Source of the DNA: a virus | Taxonomy: Duplodnaviria > Heunggongvirae > Uroviricota > Caudoviricetes | Reading direction: 5' to 3' (one strand) | IMG/VR virus record: IMGVR_UViG_2778261639_000023 | Location: 1-11,741 of that record | DNA length: 11,741 nt | Part shown: positions 1 through 7,265 of the stretch, piece by piece | Position numbering within the stretch: the first letter of the stretch is position 1 | Layout: the number at the start of each line of letters is the position of its first letter | The notes under the pieces: model-generated | Told to the model about the DNA's origin: nothing | Database searches by the model: none | Seen by the model: only the letters and a program-made list of their open reading frames with translations | Translations under genes and position numbers: made by a program

Positions 1-1158
1 ATGCTCACCGTTAAGCAGATTGAAGCAGCAAAGCCGAAAGAAAAACCATACCGCCTTCTCGATGGTAATGGCCTGTACCTTTATGTCCCTGTATCCGGGA
101 AAAAGGTATGGCAGCTTCGCTACAAGATTGACGGTAAGGAGAAAATCCTGACCGTCGGAAAATATCCACTTATGACTTTGCAGGAGGCAAGGGATAAGGC
201 ATGGGCTGCGAGGAAAGACATCTCGGCTGGCATCGATCCGGTAAAGGCGAAAAAGGCTTCGTCTAACAACAATTCCTTTAGTGCGATTTACAAAGAATGG
301 TACGAGCACAAGAAGCAAGTATGGTCAGTAGGGTATGCGACTGAACTTGCCAAAATGTTTGATGACGACATTTTACCCATCATCGGCGGTCTTGAGATTC
401 AGGATATTGAGCCGATGCAACTGCTGGAAGTAATCCGCAGGTTTGAAGATCGCGGTGCAATGGAGCGAGCCAACAAAGCCCGCAGAAGATGCGGCGAAGT
501 TTTCCGTTACGCTATTGTCACCGGAAGGGCTAAATACAACCCGGCACCTGACCTTGCAGACGCCATGAAGGGATACCGCAAGAAGAACTTCCCGTTTCTT
601 CCTGCAGACCAGATCCCGGCATTTAATAAAGCACTGGCAACATTTTCAGGAAGTATCGTATCGCTCATTGCCACCAAGGTTTTACGCTACACAGCCCTAA
701 GAACGAAAGAGCTTCGTTCCATGCAATGGAAGAACGTCGATTTTGAAAACAGGATTATCACCATCGACGCCAGTGTGATGAAAGGACGCAAAATTCATGT
801 GGTTCCTATGTCAGACCAGGTAGTTGAACTTCTCACTACGCTAAGCTCAATCACCAAACCAGTCTCAGAGTTTGTTTTTGCCGGGCGCAACGATAAGAAG
901 AAGCCAATCTGCGAGAACGCGGTATTGCTTGTGATCAAACAAATCGGCTATGAGGGTCTGGAAAGCGGTCACGGATTCAGGCATGAATTCAGCACGATTA
1001 TGAACGAGCACGAATGGCCTGCTGATGCTATTGAAGTGCAACTGGCACATGCCAACGGCGGATCTGTGCGCGGGATTTACAACCATGCTCAGTATCTCGA
1101 TAAGCGCAGAGAAATGATGCAGTGGTGGGCGGATTGGCTTGATGAGAAGGTGGAGTGA
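1..1158 (+). CDS. intS: Phage integrase, tyrosine recombinase (P4/IntS-type with N-terminal arm-binding domain)
   Basis: 385-aa ORF. N-terminus MLTVKQIEAAKP...YRLLDGNGLYLYV is the signature of the DUF4102 arm-binding domain of P4-family integrases. C-terminal catalytic region has HGFRHEF (HxxR) and a late Tyr (RGIYNHAQY). From memory it closely resembles E. coli K-12 CPS-53 IntS, which also sits beside a gtrABC-like operon; not verified by search. Confidence 0.93.
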   Translation: MLTVKQIEAAKPKEKPYRLLDGNGLYLYVPVSGKKVWQLRYKIDGKEKILTVGKYPLMTLQEARDKAWAARKDISAGIDPVKAKKASSNNNSFSAIYKEWYEHKKQVWSVGYATELAKMFDDDILPIIGGLEIQDIEPMQLLEVIRRFEDRGAMERANKARRRCGEVFRYAIVTGRAKYNPAPDLADAMKGYRKKNFPFLPADQIPAFNKALATFSGSIVSLIATKVLRYTALRTKELRSMQWKNVDFENRIITIDASVMKGRKIHVVPMSDQVVELLTTLSSITKPVSEFVFAGRNDKKKPICENAVLLVIKQIGYEGLESGHGFRHEFSTIMNEHEWPADAIEVQLAHANGGSVRGIYNHAQYLDKRREMMQWWADWLDEKVE

Positions 1159-1311
1159 ACCACCTTAATCATTATCGAAGATCGCAAAGCCTTGCAAGCC
1201 AATGCAAATCTTTGTGTGCATCAGTTTTGTCTCATCAACCACAGCAAGTCATCGATCGATTGAGGCTTGGATGATAGACTTCATGCCTTTCTGAACTTAT
1301 TGATTAAATAA
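1159..1311 (+). promoter_or_regulatory. int-gtrA intergenic region; probable promoter/leader of the gtr operon
   Basis: 153-bp non-coding gap directly upstream of gtrA. Contains -35-like TTGCAA (1192-1197) and TTGAGG (1260-1265) and two GATC sites (1180-1183, 1254-1257). No clean sigma70 -35/-10 pair with canonical spacing could be fixed by eye. Confidence 0.35.
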
Positions 1312-1674
1312 ATGTTAAAGCTATTTGCAAAGTACACCTCGATTGGTGTGCTGAACACACTTATACACTGGGTGGTTTTTGGTGTTTGTATCTATGCAGC
1401 GCATACAAACCAGGCTCTTGCAAACTTCGCAGGTTTCGTTGTGGCTGTGAGCTTTAGCTTCTTCGCGAATGCAAAATTCACATTCAAAGCTTCGACTACA
1501 ACGATGCGCTACATGTTATATGTCGGGTTCATGGGAACACTGAGTGCAACTGTTGGATGGGCTGCTGATAGATGTTCACTTCCTCCAATTGTCACTCTCG
1601 TCACCTTCTCCGCCATCAGCCTGGTGTGCGGTTTCGTCTATTCAAAGTTCATTGTCTTTAGGGATGCGAAATGA
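1312..1674 (+). CDS. gtrA: GtrA, bactoprenol-linked glucose translocase (flippase)
   Basis: 120-aa small hydrophobic protein with about four predicted TM segments, the typical GtrA size. Immediately precedes gtrB with a 4-nt ATGA overlap. Confidence 0.9.
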   Translation: MLKLFAKYTSIGVLNTLIHWVVFGVCIYAAHTNQALANFAGFVVAVSFSFFANAKFTFKASTTTMRYMLYVGFMGTLSATVGWAADRCSLPPIVTLVTFSAISLVCGFVYSKFIVFRDAK

Positions 1675-2597
1675 AGATATCTCTTGTAGTTCCTGTCTTC
1701 AATGAAGAAGAAGCGATACCAATTTTTTATAAAACGGTACGTGAGTTCGAAGAGTTGAAGCCATATGAAGTGGAAATTGTTTTCATAAATGACGGAAGCA
1801 AAGACGCTACGGAGTCAATTATTAATGCTCTGGCTGTTTCAGACCCGCTGGTTGTTCCGCTGTCATTTACACGAAACTTTGGTAAAGAACCAGCATTGTT
1901 TGCAGGGCTAGACCATGCAACCGGAGATGCTGTAATTCCAATTGATGTTGACCTGCAAGATCCGATTGAGGTTATTCCCCACCTCATCGAAAAGTGGCAG
2001 GCAGGCTCTGATATGGTGCTGGCTAAGCGAACTGATCGCTCAACTGACGGACGACTGAAACGCAAAACGGCAGAGTGGTTTTATAAATTGCACAACAAAA
2101 TAAGCAACCCAAAGATCGAGGAGAATGTCGGCGATTTCCGGTTAATGAGCCGTGAAGTTGTCGAAAACATTAAGCTTATGCCAGAGCGCAACCTTTTTAT
2201 GAAAGGTGTGCTGAGTTGGGTTGGCGGTCGCACAGATGTTGTCGAGTATGCACGCGCAGAACGAGTGGCAGGCAGTACTAAATTTAATGGATGGAAACTG
2301 TGGAACCTGGCACTTGAGGGGATCACAAGCTTCTCTACTTTCCCGTTGCGCATGTGGACTTACATTGGCCTGTTCGTAGCTGGAGTTGCGTTCATGTACG
2401 GAGCGTGGATGATTGTCGATACGCTGGCATTTGGAAACGCAGTGCGTGGTTATCCATCCTTGCTGGTTTCCATCCTTTTCCTGGGTGGCATACAACTGAT
2501 TGGTATTGGCGTCCTAGGTGAATACATTGGAAGGATTTACATTGAAGTTAAAGGCAGACCAAGATATCTAATTAAGGCACGCAAGAATGAAAAATAA
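1671..2597 (+). CDS. gtrB: GtrB, bactoprenol glucosyltransferase (GT2 family)
   Basis: 308 aa. N-terminal GT2 signature ([12 protein letters not shown]...INDGSKD...DVDLQDP) and C-terminal TM helices, typical of GtrB/ArnC-like polyprenyl-phosphate glycosyltransferases. Translationally coupled to both neighbours. Confidence 0.93.
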   Translation: MKISLVVPVFNEEEAIPIFYKTVREFEELKPYEVEIVFINDGSKDATESIINALAVSDPLVVPLSFTRNFGKEPALFAGLDHATGDAVIPIDVDLQDPIEVIPHLIEKWQAGSDMVLAKRTDRSTDGRLKRKTAEWFYKLHNKISNPKIEENVGDFRLMSREVVENIKLMPERNLFMKGVLSWVGGRTDVVEYARAERVAGSTKFNGWKLWNLALEGITSFSTFPLRMWTYIGLFVAGVAFMYGAWMIVDTLAFGNAVRGYPSLLVSILFLGGIQLIGIGVLGEYIGRIYIEVKGRPRYLIKARKNEK

Positions 2598-3987
2598 ACT
2601 ACTTCACTGGTCTGTAGAAGGTTTGGCGGCCATTTTTATAGTCATTGCCTTTAGTTATTACTTTGGGTATGCCTTCACCAATCCAGATTCAGTTATTTAC
2701 AAGATAATTGCTGATGGAATAGTCAAGCACGGAGATCTTCCATATACCTTCGCCTTCGATCATAAGCCAGCTTTTATTTTCTATACTTACGCACTATTTT
2801 CACTTATCTATCCATTTAAGGTAGGCTTTTTCGCTGCCTTTTCGCTTCTTTTTTATCTTTTTACGGGATCATTGATATCTAAGCTAGCGACAGGTAGTTT
2901 CAAGCATGCATTGAGCTCTTCTGCTGCGGTGCTGTTTTTCTATTTCCCATTTCTTGATTTTTCTGGCAATACCGAGATTGTGTATAACCTCTACGCAATA
3001 GCATCTCTTTGCCTGCTTTACTGCTATAGCGCAGGATCAATGTTATTGTTTTTTTCTGGGGTGCTGGCAATTTTTGCGGTAAACACTAACTATATGGCAG
3101 GCGTAATGCTTTCACTGCCAACAATATATTTATTAATGCGAGATGGACTGAGTCCAACTGCCAAAAGGGCTGCATGGTATGCATTAGGAGTGATTGCTGG
3201 ACTTGCTATTATCCTTTTACCTATTGCTATGCAGGGATCATTGATTAGTGGTTATTTCGAGCCGCAAATTCATTTCTTAACCTCATATAACGAATCATCG
3301 CCTGGTTTCAAAACAACACTTTATTATTACTTACCTGTTCTACTGAGCATTCTTATCGCTCCGGCTTGTGTATTATTTGGATGGGTAAAGCGGGACGTTC
3401 CTGCAAGAGGGTGGGTTGCATTTGTAATCACCACCATCTCTGCATCAATAACCCTTATCTTAACAGGTAAGGAGGGTATGCATTACGCAGCCATTTACTT
3501 TGCTCCTGTTGCAATGCTAGCCGTGGCTATGGGAAGAAACCCTGTACCCATAGTGCTGGCATGCTCAATACCATTTAACTTTTACTATGCAAAGAACACT
3601 GAATATCTGTTCGAGTTGCATAACCGAGTAGAGCTATCTTATACCAAAGCTAAGGCTGAGGAGTTTGCTGCGATGCATCAGCTTGTCGGTAATGAGAAAG
3701 TGATGTCAATAAGGGCTTCGCATGTCTTATTCTACCTGTCAGACATGATCCCTTTCCATCCTTACATTTGGAACGGCCATTCAAAACTTGTATTTGGTGA
3801 TAAAGAGAATGAGTATTTTATCAAACAGTTGGAATTATCTCCTAAGTTCGTTCTTACTGGCAATGGATACTGTGAGAAGGCTGATCGCATGATTGATGTT
3901 TGCGATATGATAAAACATCATTACACCAAAAAGATGAGCATTAGCTGGGCGTTCGGATACGGTGGTGATTTGTATCAGGCTAAGTAA
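2587..3987 (+). CDS. gtrC: Serotype-specific O-antigen glucosyltransferase (GtrC / Gtr-type, polytopic membrane protein)
   Basis: 466-aa highly hydrophobic multi-TM protein in third position of the gtr operon; start overlaps the gtrB stop by 11 nt. Strongly AT-rich (about 37% GC in hand-sampled lines), as expected for horizontally acquired type-specific gtr genes. Specificity cannot be inferred. Confidence 0.8.
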   Translation: MKNKLLHWSVEGLAAIFIVIAFSYYFGYAFTNPDSVIYKIIADGIVKHGDLPYTFAFDHKPAFIFYTYALFSLIYPFKVGFFAAFSLLFYLFTGSLISKLATGSFKHALSSSAAVLFFYFPFLDFSGNTEIVYNLYAIASLCLLYCYSAGSMLLFFSGVLAIFAVNTNYMAGVMLSLPTIYLLMRDGLSPTAKRAAWYALGVIAGLAIILLPIAMQGSLISGYFEPQIHFLTSYNESSPGFKTTLYYYLPVLLSILIAPACVLFGWVKRDVPARGWVAFVITTISASITLILTGKEGMHYAAIYFAPVAMLAVAMGRNPVPIVLACSIPFNFYYAKNTEYLFELHNRVELSYTKAKAEEFAAMHQLVGNEKVMSIRASHVLFYLSDMIPFHPYIWNGHSKLVFGDKENEYFIKQLELSPKFVLTGNGYCEKADRMIDVCDMIKHHYTKKMSISWAFGYGGDLYQAK

Positions 3988-3991
3988 ATAT

Positions 3992-4009
3992 AAGGGGTGC
4001 CCACCCCTT
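3992..4009. terminator. GC-rich hairpin between convergent gtrC and tailspike genes (candidate bidirectional terminator)
   Basis: AAGGGGTG-cc-CACCCCTT inverted repeat lying between the gtrC stop (3985-3987) and the tailspike stop (4015-4017). Flanked by A/T-rich sequence on the gtrC side; no strong U-tract on the + strand. Confidence 0.5.
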
Positions 4010-4014
4010 ACGCT

Positions 4015-6231
4015 CTACACTTCCCACCATCCTTGTGCTCCTGACATCTTGATAAATGTTTTTGACCATCCATTTCCTGTTTTTGTTTCCGTGCCAACAC
4101 TTAGAGGCACTATTCTATTTTCGGATGCTGTACTGCTAAATATAAACGTAACACTAGAGGATAAAGATACTCCGCGTATCACCACTCTGTCTCCGGGCTT
4201 ACCTCCTGTGATTGTGTCAATGCTTTTAGTTGCGGACGATATCCATACATTGCCATGCGAGAATGGAAGTACTGATCCAGTCAATGACTCAAGGGGTTTT
4301 GATGGGCATGGCTCACCATAGATTTGTGGGTCGTTTACACCTGCTGGAATAAGCAGTGTGGAGTTATACTTATTACCTGATCCATAAAGAGTTGGCTCAG
4401 TTGCTCCGCTCCATGTAATAGGGTAATGAGCAACAGATTTCATAGTAAAATCGTTATCACGCAACCTTAAAATGCACGCCTGAGCATTGATATACGTTAA
4501 GGCACCGCTGTTTGCCATCGCGTCAAACCAGTTGCTTCTGAATGTGGCGTCAGCGTTGTTGAAAACAACAACCGGGTCGAGTTGAGATGCTGCTGATGAA
4601 CCCCAGAGATGCGCCTTGAAGGTGCAGTTTTGTACCTTCATTCCTTTGACACTTCCTATGCGCATGAACTGGAAGCAGTTTTTTAGAATAACGCCATCAA
4701 CAATAATTGCCCCATCAGAGAAGAATGAAGGGTTTATTGCTGGTTGGGCATGTAACCCACGAAATGCCGAGTCGATGTTACCGCCTAAAATATGAACCTT
4801 GCCCATATTACCGAAAATTCGGTAAGCAGTACTCAAGTCAACTTTAGTTGACTGCACCTCGCAGTTGATAAACATAAACGTGTGATCGAAGTTTGACCAT
4901 GAAGGTAGCGGGTCGCCAGTGGAGCCGTCTTTGTCGGTGGTAATAATCTGGACGCTGGAGTTAGCGTATACAGTGTCATCGCTGAACTTAATCTTCATGT
5001 TTTCGAAGATAACGTTCTGCGAATAACGCGTAATTCCACGGTCTCCAGAGTAGCAATAACAAGCTGACTTCGTGTTGTAGGCTGTGATGTTGAGAAAATA
5101 CGCGTTGTAGCATGATGCCACTCGCCACCATCCATCACAGGTAGACACGTTTTCTACATTAAACCGCTCGACATGAATATTGTAAGGATGCAAACCATTT
5201 GTCATGGTTGAGTTTGTTGCTGGGTTTTCCGGTGCCAGACCATACTCAAAGTTACATCCAAATTTCCAAGGCCCTCCACTTATCAGGCAGTCATGCAGTC
5301 TAATGCCATCTAATTCCCCCATTCCGCAAACAACAAACCCATTGTTTAAACCTTTCCCTGTAACATTATAAATTCTGTCAATCTCAACGTCACTGGTCAT
5401 TGCACTTCCAAGATATTGACCACCAACCCAAATCATTACAGTTTGAGGCGCTGATGGATTGCTGGCGGTTGCATCTGCCCTTGTTTCTGCAACGTCATAT
5501 ACAAAGTTGGATATGCGGACTTTTTTTGAATTGTAAACGACGAAAGTATGGTTCGCGCGACCACCTGATGTAGGAATAAACCCTTGGACGTTATCCATTA
5601 TCTTCGCGCCATTGAAGTTCAGCGTGATATTACTGACTCCAATGCATTGCACGGTGCCGGTAAGGAGATACGTACTGGATGGATTGCCAATAAACTCCAC
5701 ACCCACGCCGCTGTAGGTGGTGATGGCGGTGTTTAGCGCTGCAGAGCTATCAAGAACACCCGACTTATCTACGCCCGGCAGATCGTCGATAAACATGAAT
5801 ACACGATCAAGGTATTGCGTGAGATTAACGCCGCCCTTGGTACCAATCAGGTTTGTTCCTGGAGGGTCAAATGAAGCTAATTGCTGACTGAACTGATCAG
5901 GATCATACTTCAGCACATTAGGGAAATAGAATTGCCGCGCCCCATACGCATCATAAACAGCCATAGAATGGCCTTGCTCAGTTACGAACTTGGTAATCTG
6001 TCCATTATATACAGGGTAACCAGCAGCGTTAATGATGATTGGTTGCGAAACAGGAACGTGAGAGCCGTCTTCGTTTTCCACATAAACCTGAATCTGGTTT
6101 TCAGGATTTACCGGGTCAGTGTCAATTTTACCGATATAAATTTTGCCATTGGCTACGGCTTTAAAAGAACGAGCCATAGTGAAGAGTTGCGAAGGCATGC
6201 TGACCACAACATTGGCGGTGATATCTGACAT
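4015..6231 (-). CDS. Tailspike protein (P22 gp9-type N-terminal head-binding domain plus divergent beta-helix receptor-binding/enzymatic domain)
   Basis: N-terminus [59 protein letters not shown] closely matches the P22 tailspike N-terminus as recalled ([59 protein letters not shown]). Start moved from the track's 6279 to the ATG at 6229-6231, which has a GGAG Shine-Dalgarno 8 nt upstream and aligns with the P22 start. 738 aa. Confidence 0.9.
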   Translation of the reverse strand: MSDITANVVVSMPSQLFTMARSFKAVANGKIYIGKIDTDPVNPENQIQVYVENEDGSHVPVSQPIIINAAGYPVYNGQITKFVTEQGHSMAVYDAYGARQFYFPNVLKYDPDQFSQQLASFDPPGTNLIGTKGGVNLTQYLDRVFMFIDDLPGVDKSGVLDSSAALNTAITTYSGVGVEFIGNPSSTYLLTGTVQCIGVSNITLNFNGAKIMDNVQGFIPTSGGRANHTFVVYNSKKVRISNFVYDVAETRADATASNPSAPQTVMIWVGGQYLGSAMTSDVEIDRIYNVTGKGLNNGFVVCGMGELDGIRLHDCLISGGPWKFGCNFEYGLAPENPATNSTMTNGLHPYNIHVERFNVENVSTCDGWWRVASCYNAYFLNITAYNTKSACYCYSGDRGITRYSQNVIFENMKIKFSDDTVYANSSVQIITTDKDGSTGDPLPSWSNFDHTFMFINCEVQSTKVDLSTAYRIFGNMGKVHILGGNIDSAFRGLHAQPAINPSFFSDGAIIVDGVILKNCFQFMRIGSVKGMKVQNCTFKAHLWGSSAASQLDPVVVFNNADATFRSNWFDAMANSGALTYINAQACILRLRDNDFTMKSVAHYPITWSGATEPTLYGSGNKYNSTLLIPAGVNDPQIYGEPCPSKPLESLTGSVLPFSHGNVWISSATKSIDTITGGKPGDRVVIRGVSLSSSVTFIFSSTASENRIVPLSVGTETKTGNGWSKTFIKMSGAQGWWEV
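5890..6231 (-). other. Tailspike N-terminal capsid/head-binding domain (conserved module, about residues 1-114)
   Basis: Conservation with the P22 head-binding domain continues through ...[10 protein letters not shown]...[10 protein letters not shown], then similarity to P22 is lost. Boundary is approximate. Confidence 0.75.
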
Positions 6232-6352
6232 TTCATTGCTCCAGACGAATGATATGATGCAACCATGATGTGATTGCATACCGAAATGGTACTATTGAGT
6301 ATTTATCCAGTAGGTTACGATGCCATTCCACCCAACTGGTGAGGCATCAAGG
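6232..6352. promoter_or_regulatory. Divergent control region between tailspike (-) and mnt (+); candidate promoters and operator-like inverted repeats
   Basis: 121-bp gap. Inverted repeat TGCAA-N11-TTGCA (about 6259-6279) and ATGATG direct repeats one helical turn apart (6254-6259, 6265-6270) on the tailspike side; CACC-N5-GGTG inverted repeat (about 6329-6342) overlapping the mnt RBS (GAGG 6342-6345). -10-like TATCAT on the minus strand about 20 nt upstream of the tailspike ATG; possible TTGAGT/TACGAT pair for mnt. Functional sites are unproven. Confidence 0.45.
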
Positions 6353-6619
6353 ATGTACAGCAAATACGACGAGGCGCAGTTTCACTTGAGACTTCCGCAT
6401 GAACTCCACGCGAAAATTAAACAGCGTGCGAAGATGAATAACAGGTCGCTGAACTCAGAGATAATTGCAGCGATTGAAGAATCGTTGGCTAAACAAAGCT
6501 CTGCATCCGTTTACATTGACGATGCAGAGCGTATGGCAGAACAACAATCTGATATGGTTAAGAAAATGGTTTTTGAAACGCTTAAGACCATGTATAGCAA
6601 TAATAAAAAGGAAACATAG
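6353..6619 (+). CDS. mnt: Mnt-like ribbon-helix-helix repressor (immI region)
   Basis: 88 aa from the ATG at 6353 (GAGG SD 7 nt upstream; the track's extra 11 N-terminal codons are unlikely). Aligns along its length with P22 Mnt as recalled: RHH region ...QFHLRLPHELHAKIKQRAKMNNRSLNSEIIAAIEESL and C-terminal tetramerisation region DAERMAEQQSDMVKKMVFETLK (P22: DAERLADEQSELVKKMVFDTLK). Confidence 0.85.
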   Translation: MYSKYDEAQFHLRLPHELHAKIKQRAKMNNRSLNSEIIAAIEESLAKQSSASVYIDDAERMAEQQSDMVKKMVFETLKTMYSNNKKET

Positions 6620-6689
6620 AAATCTAGTTTCCGGCTAAAATGGCATTGCCTTCATGATATCCTGTGAAAAACTAAGGAGAGTTAACCAT

Positions 6690-7175
6690 ATGAAAAAATC
6701 ACTGTTAATTATCCCGCTTCTGCTGGTTGGATGCGCAAAAGTAAGTGACTATCAAGCAAGTTGCGAACAACGCTATCAAAAGCTTAGCGATATGGCTAAT
6801 TGCCTTGATGCTAGTGTGAAGAACGACTCACGCATGGCATCTGCACCAACACCTAAGCTGTATGTCCTTGCTGCAAAGATGCTCGGGCAAGGTGTTGATG
6901 AAGGTAAAATAAGTGACGCACAGGCAAGACTTGAGCTTCAAAATCTTTATGTTCAATTACAAAGCCAAGAAAAAGCCCAACAAATAGCGCAAAGCCAAGC
7001 ATTCCAGCAGGCTTTATTGAATTATCAGGCTGTAAACACAATGCAAGCGATCGAGCAAAAAGCGAGACAGCCTGTTATAACTCAACCCTATCCAACACGC
7101 GTTGACACTTACACAAACTGCAATTCAGGGTTTGGAAATACAGTCACATGCAACAGTAGCAGTAACATAAGATAA
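6690..7175 (+). CDS. Lipoprotein of unknown function (moron at the sieA-equivalent position); type II signal peptide, Gln-rich coiled-coil-like segment, Cys pairs
   Basis: Start at ATG 6690 with strong SD AAGGAGA (6675-6680); 161 aa. MKKSLLIIPLLLVGC has a lipobox (LVGC; Cys15 at 6732-6734) with Ala at +2, suggesting outer-membrane sorting. Mature part has Cys pairs (SCEQ...NCLD; TNCNSGFGNTVTCN) and a Q/A-rich heptad-like stretch (LQNLYVQLQSQEKAQQIAQSQAFQQALL). No family recognised. Confidence 0.75.
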   Translation: MKKSLLIIPLLLVGCAKVSDYQASCEQRYQKLSDMANCLDASVKNDSRMASAPTPKLYVLAAKMLGQGVDEGKISDAQARLELQNLYVQLQSQEKAQQIAQSQAFQQALLNYQAVNTMQAIEQKARQPVITQPYPTRVDTYTNCNSGFGNTVTCNSSSNIR

Positions 7176-7265
7176 CAATCAGCAAAGGTATCGCCTATGC
7201 AGAGGGGTACGATAAACCTAGCATTCTACATATTTGGTTTTTGCACGTTCCTGGTGTTTGAAAAG

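Noticed and set aside
865-1086. 73-aa minus-strand ORF inside the integrase gene
   Set aside because: Entirely antisense to a well-supported integrase CDS; no RBS or recognisable domain.
1159-1311. Dam/OxyR phase-variation switch for the gtr operon (as in Salmonella gtr clusters)
   Set aside because: Only two GATC sites (1180-1183, 1254-1257) and no recognisable paired OxyR half-sites; the four-GATC architecture is not evident. Phase variation remains possible but is unsupported here.
1159-1311. attP core between int and gtrA (P22-type arrangement)
   Set aside because: No tRNA-like segment or obvious repeat; the IntS/CPS-53 precedent places att upstream of int, outside this window.
1727-2495. 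Three minus-strand ORFs (112, 90, 117 aa) inside gtrB
   Set aside because: Antisense to conserved gtrB; Ser/Thr/Arg-rich translations typical of out-of-frame reading.
3962-4321. 119-aa plus-strand ORF overlapping the 3' end of the tailspike gene
   Set aside because: Antisense to the tailspike C-terminus; starts inside gtrC's last codons with no RBS.
5881-6228. 115-aa plus-strand ORF inside the tailspike head-binding domain region
   Set aside because: Antisense to the most conserved part of the tailspike gene.
6232-6279. 16-codon N-terminal extension of the tailspike ORF ([16 protein letters not shown]) in the ORF track
   Set aside because: The internal ATG at 6229-6231 has a proper GGAG SD and aligns with the P22 tailspike start ([10 protein letters not shown]); the extension lies in the divergent regulatory region.
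6320-6352. 11-codon N-terminal extension of mnt, and likewise 6654-6689 for the lipoprotein
   Set aside because: Downstream ATGs (6353 and 6690) have good SD sequences and give products that begin like P22 Mnt and with a canonical lipoprotein signal peptide respectively.
6232-6352. arc and ant (antirepressor) genes expected beside mnt in a P22-type immI region
   Set aside because: No ORFs of the right size or sequence exist between mnt and the tailspike; the region is only 121 bp.
6853-7041. 62-aa minus-strand ORF inside the lipoprotein gene
   Set aside because: Antisense; no support.
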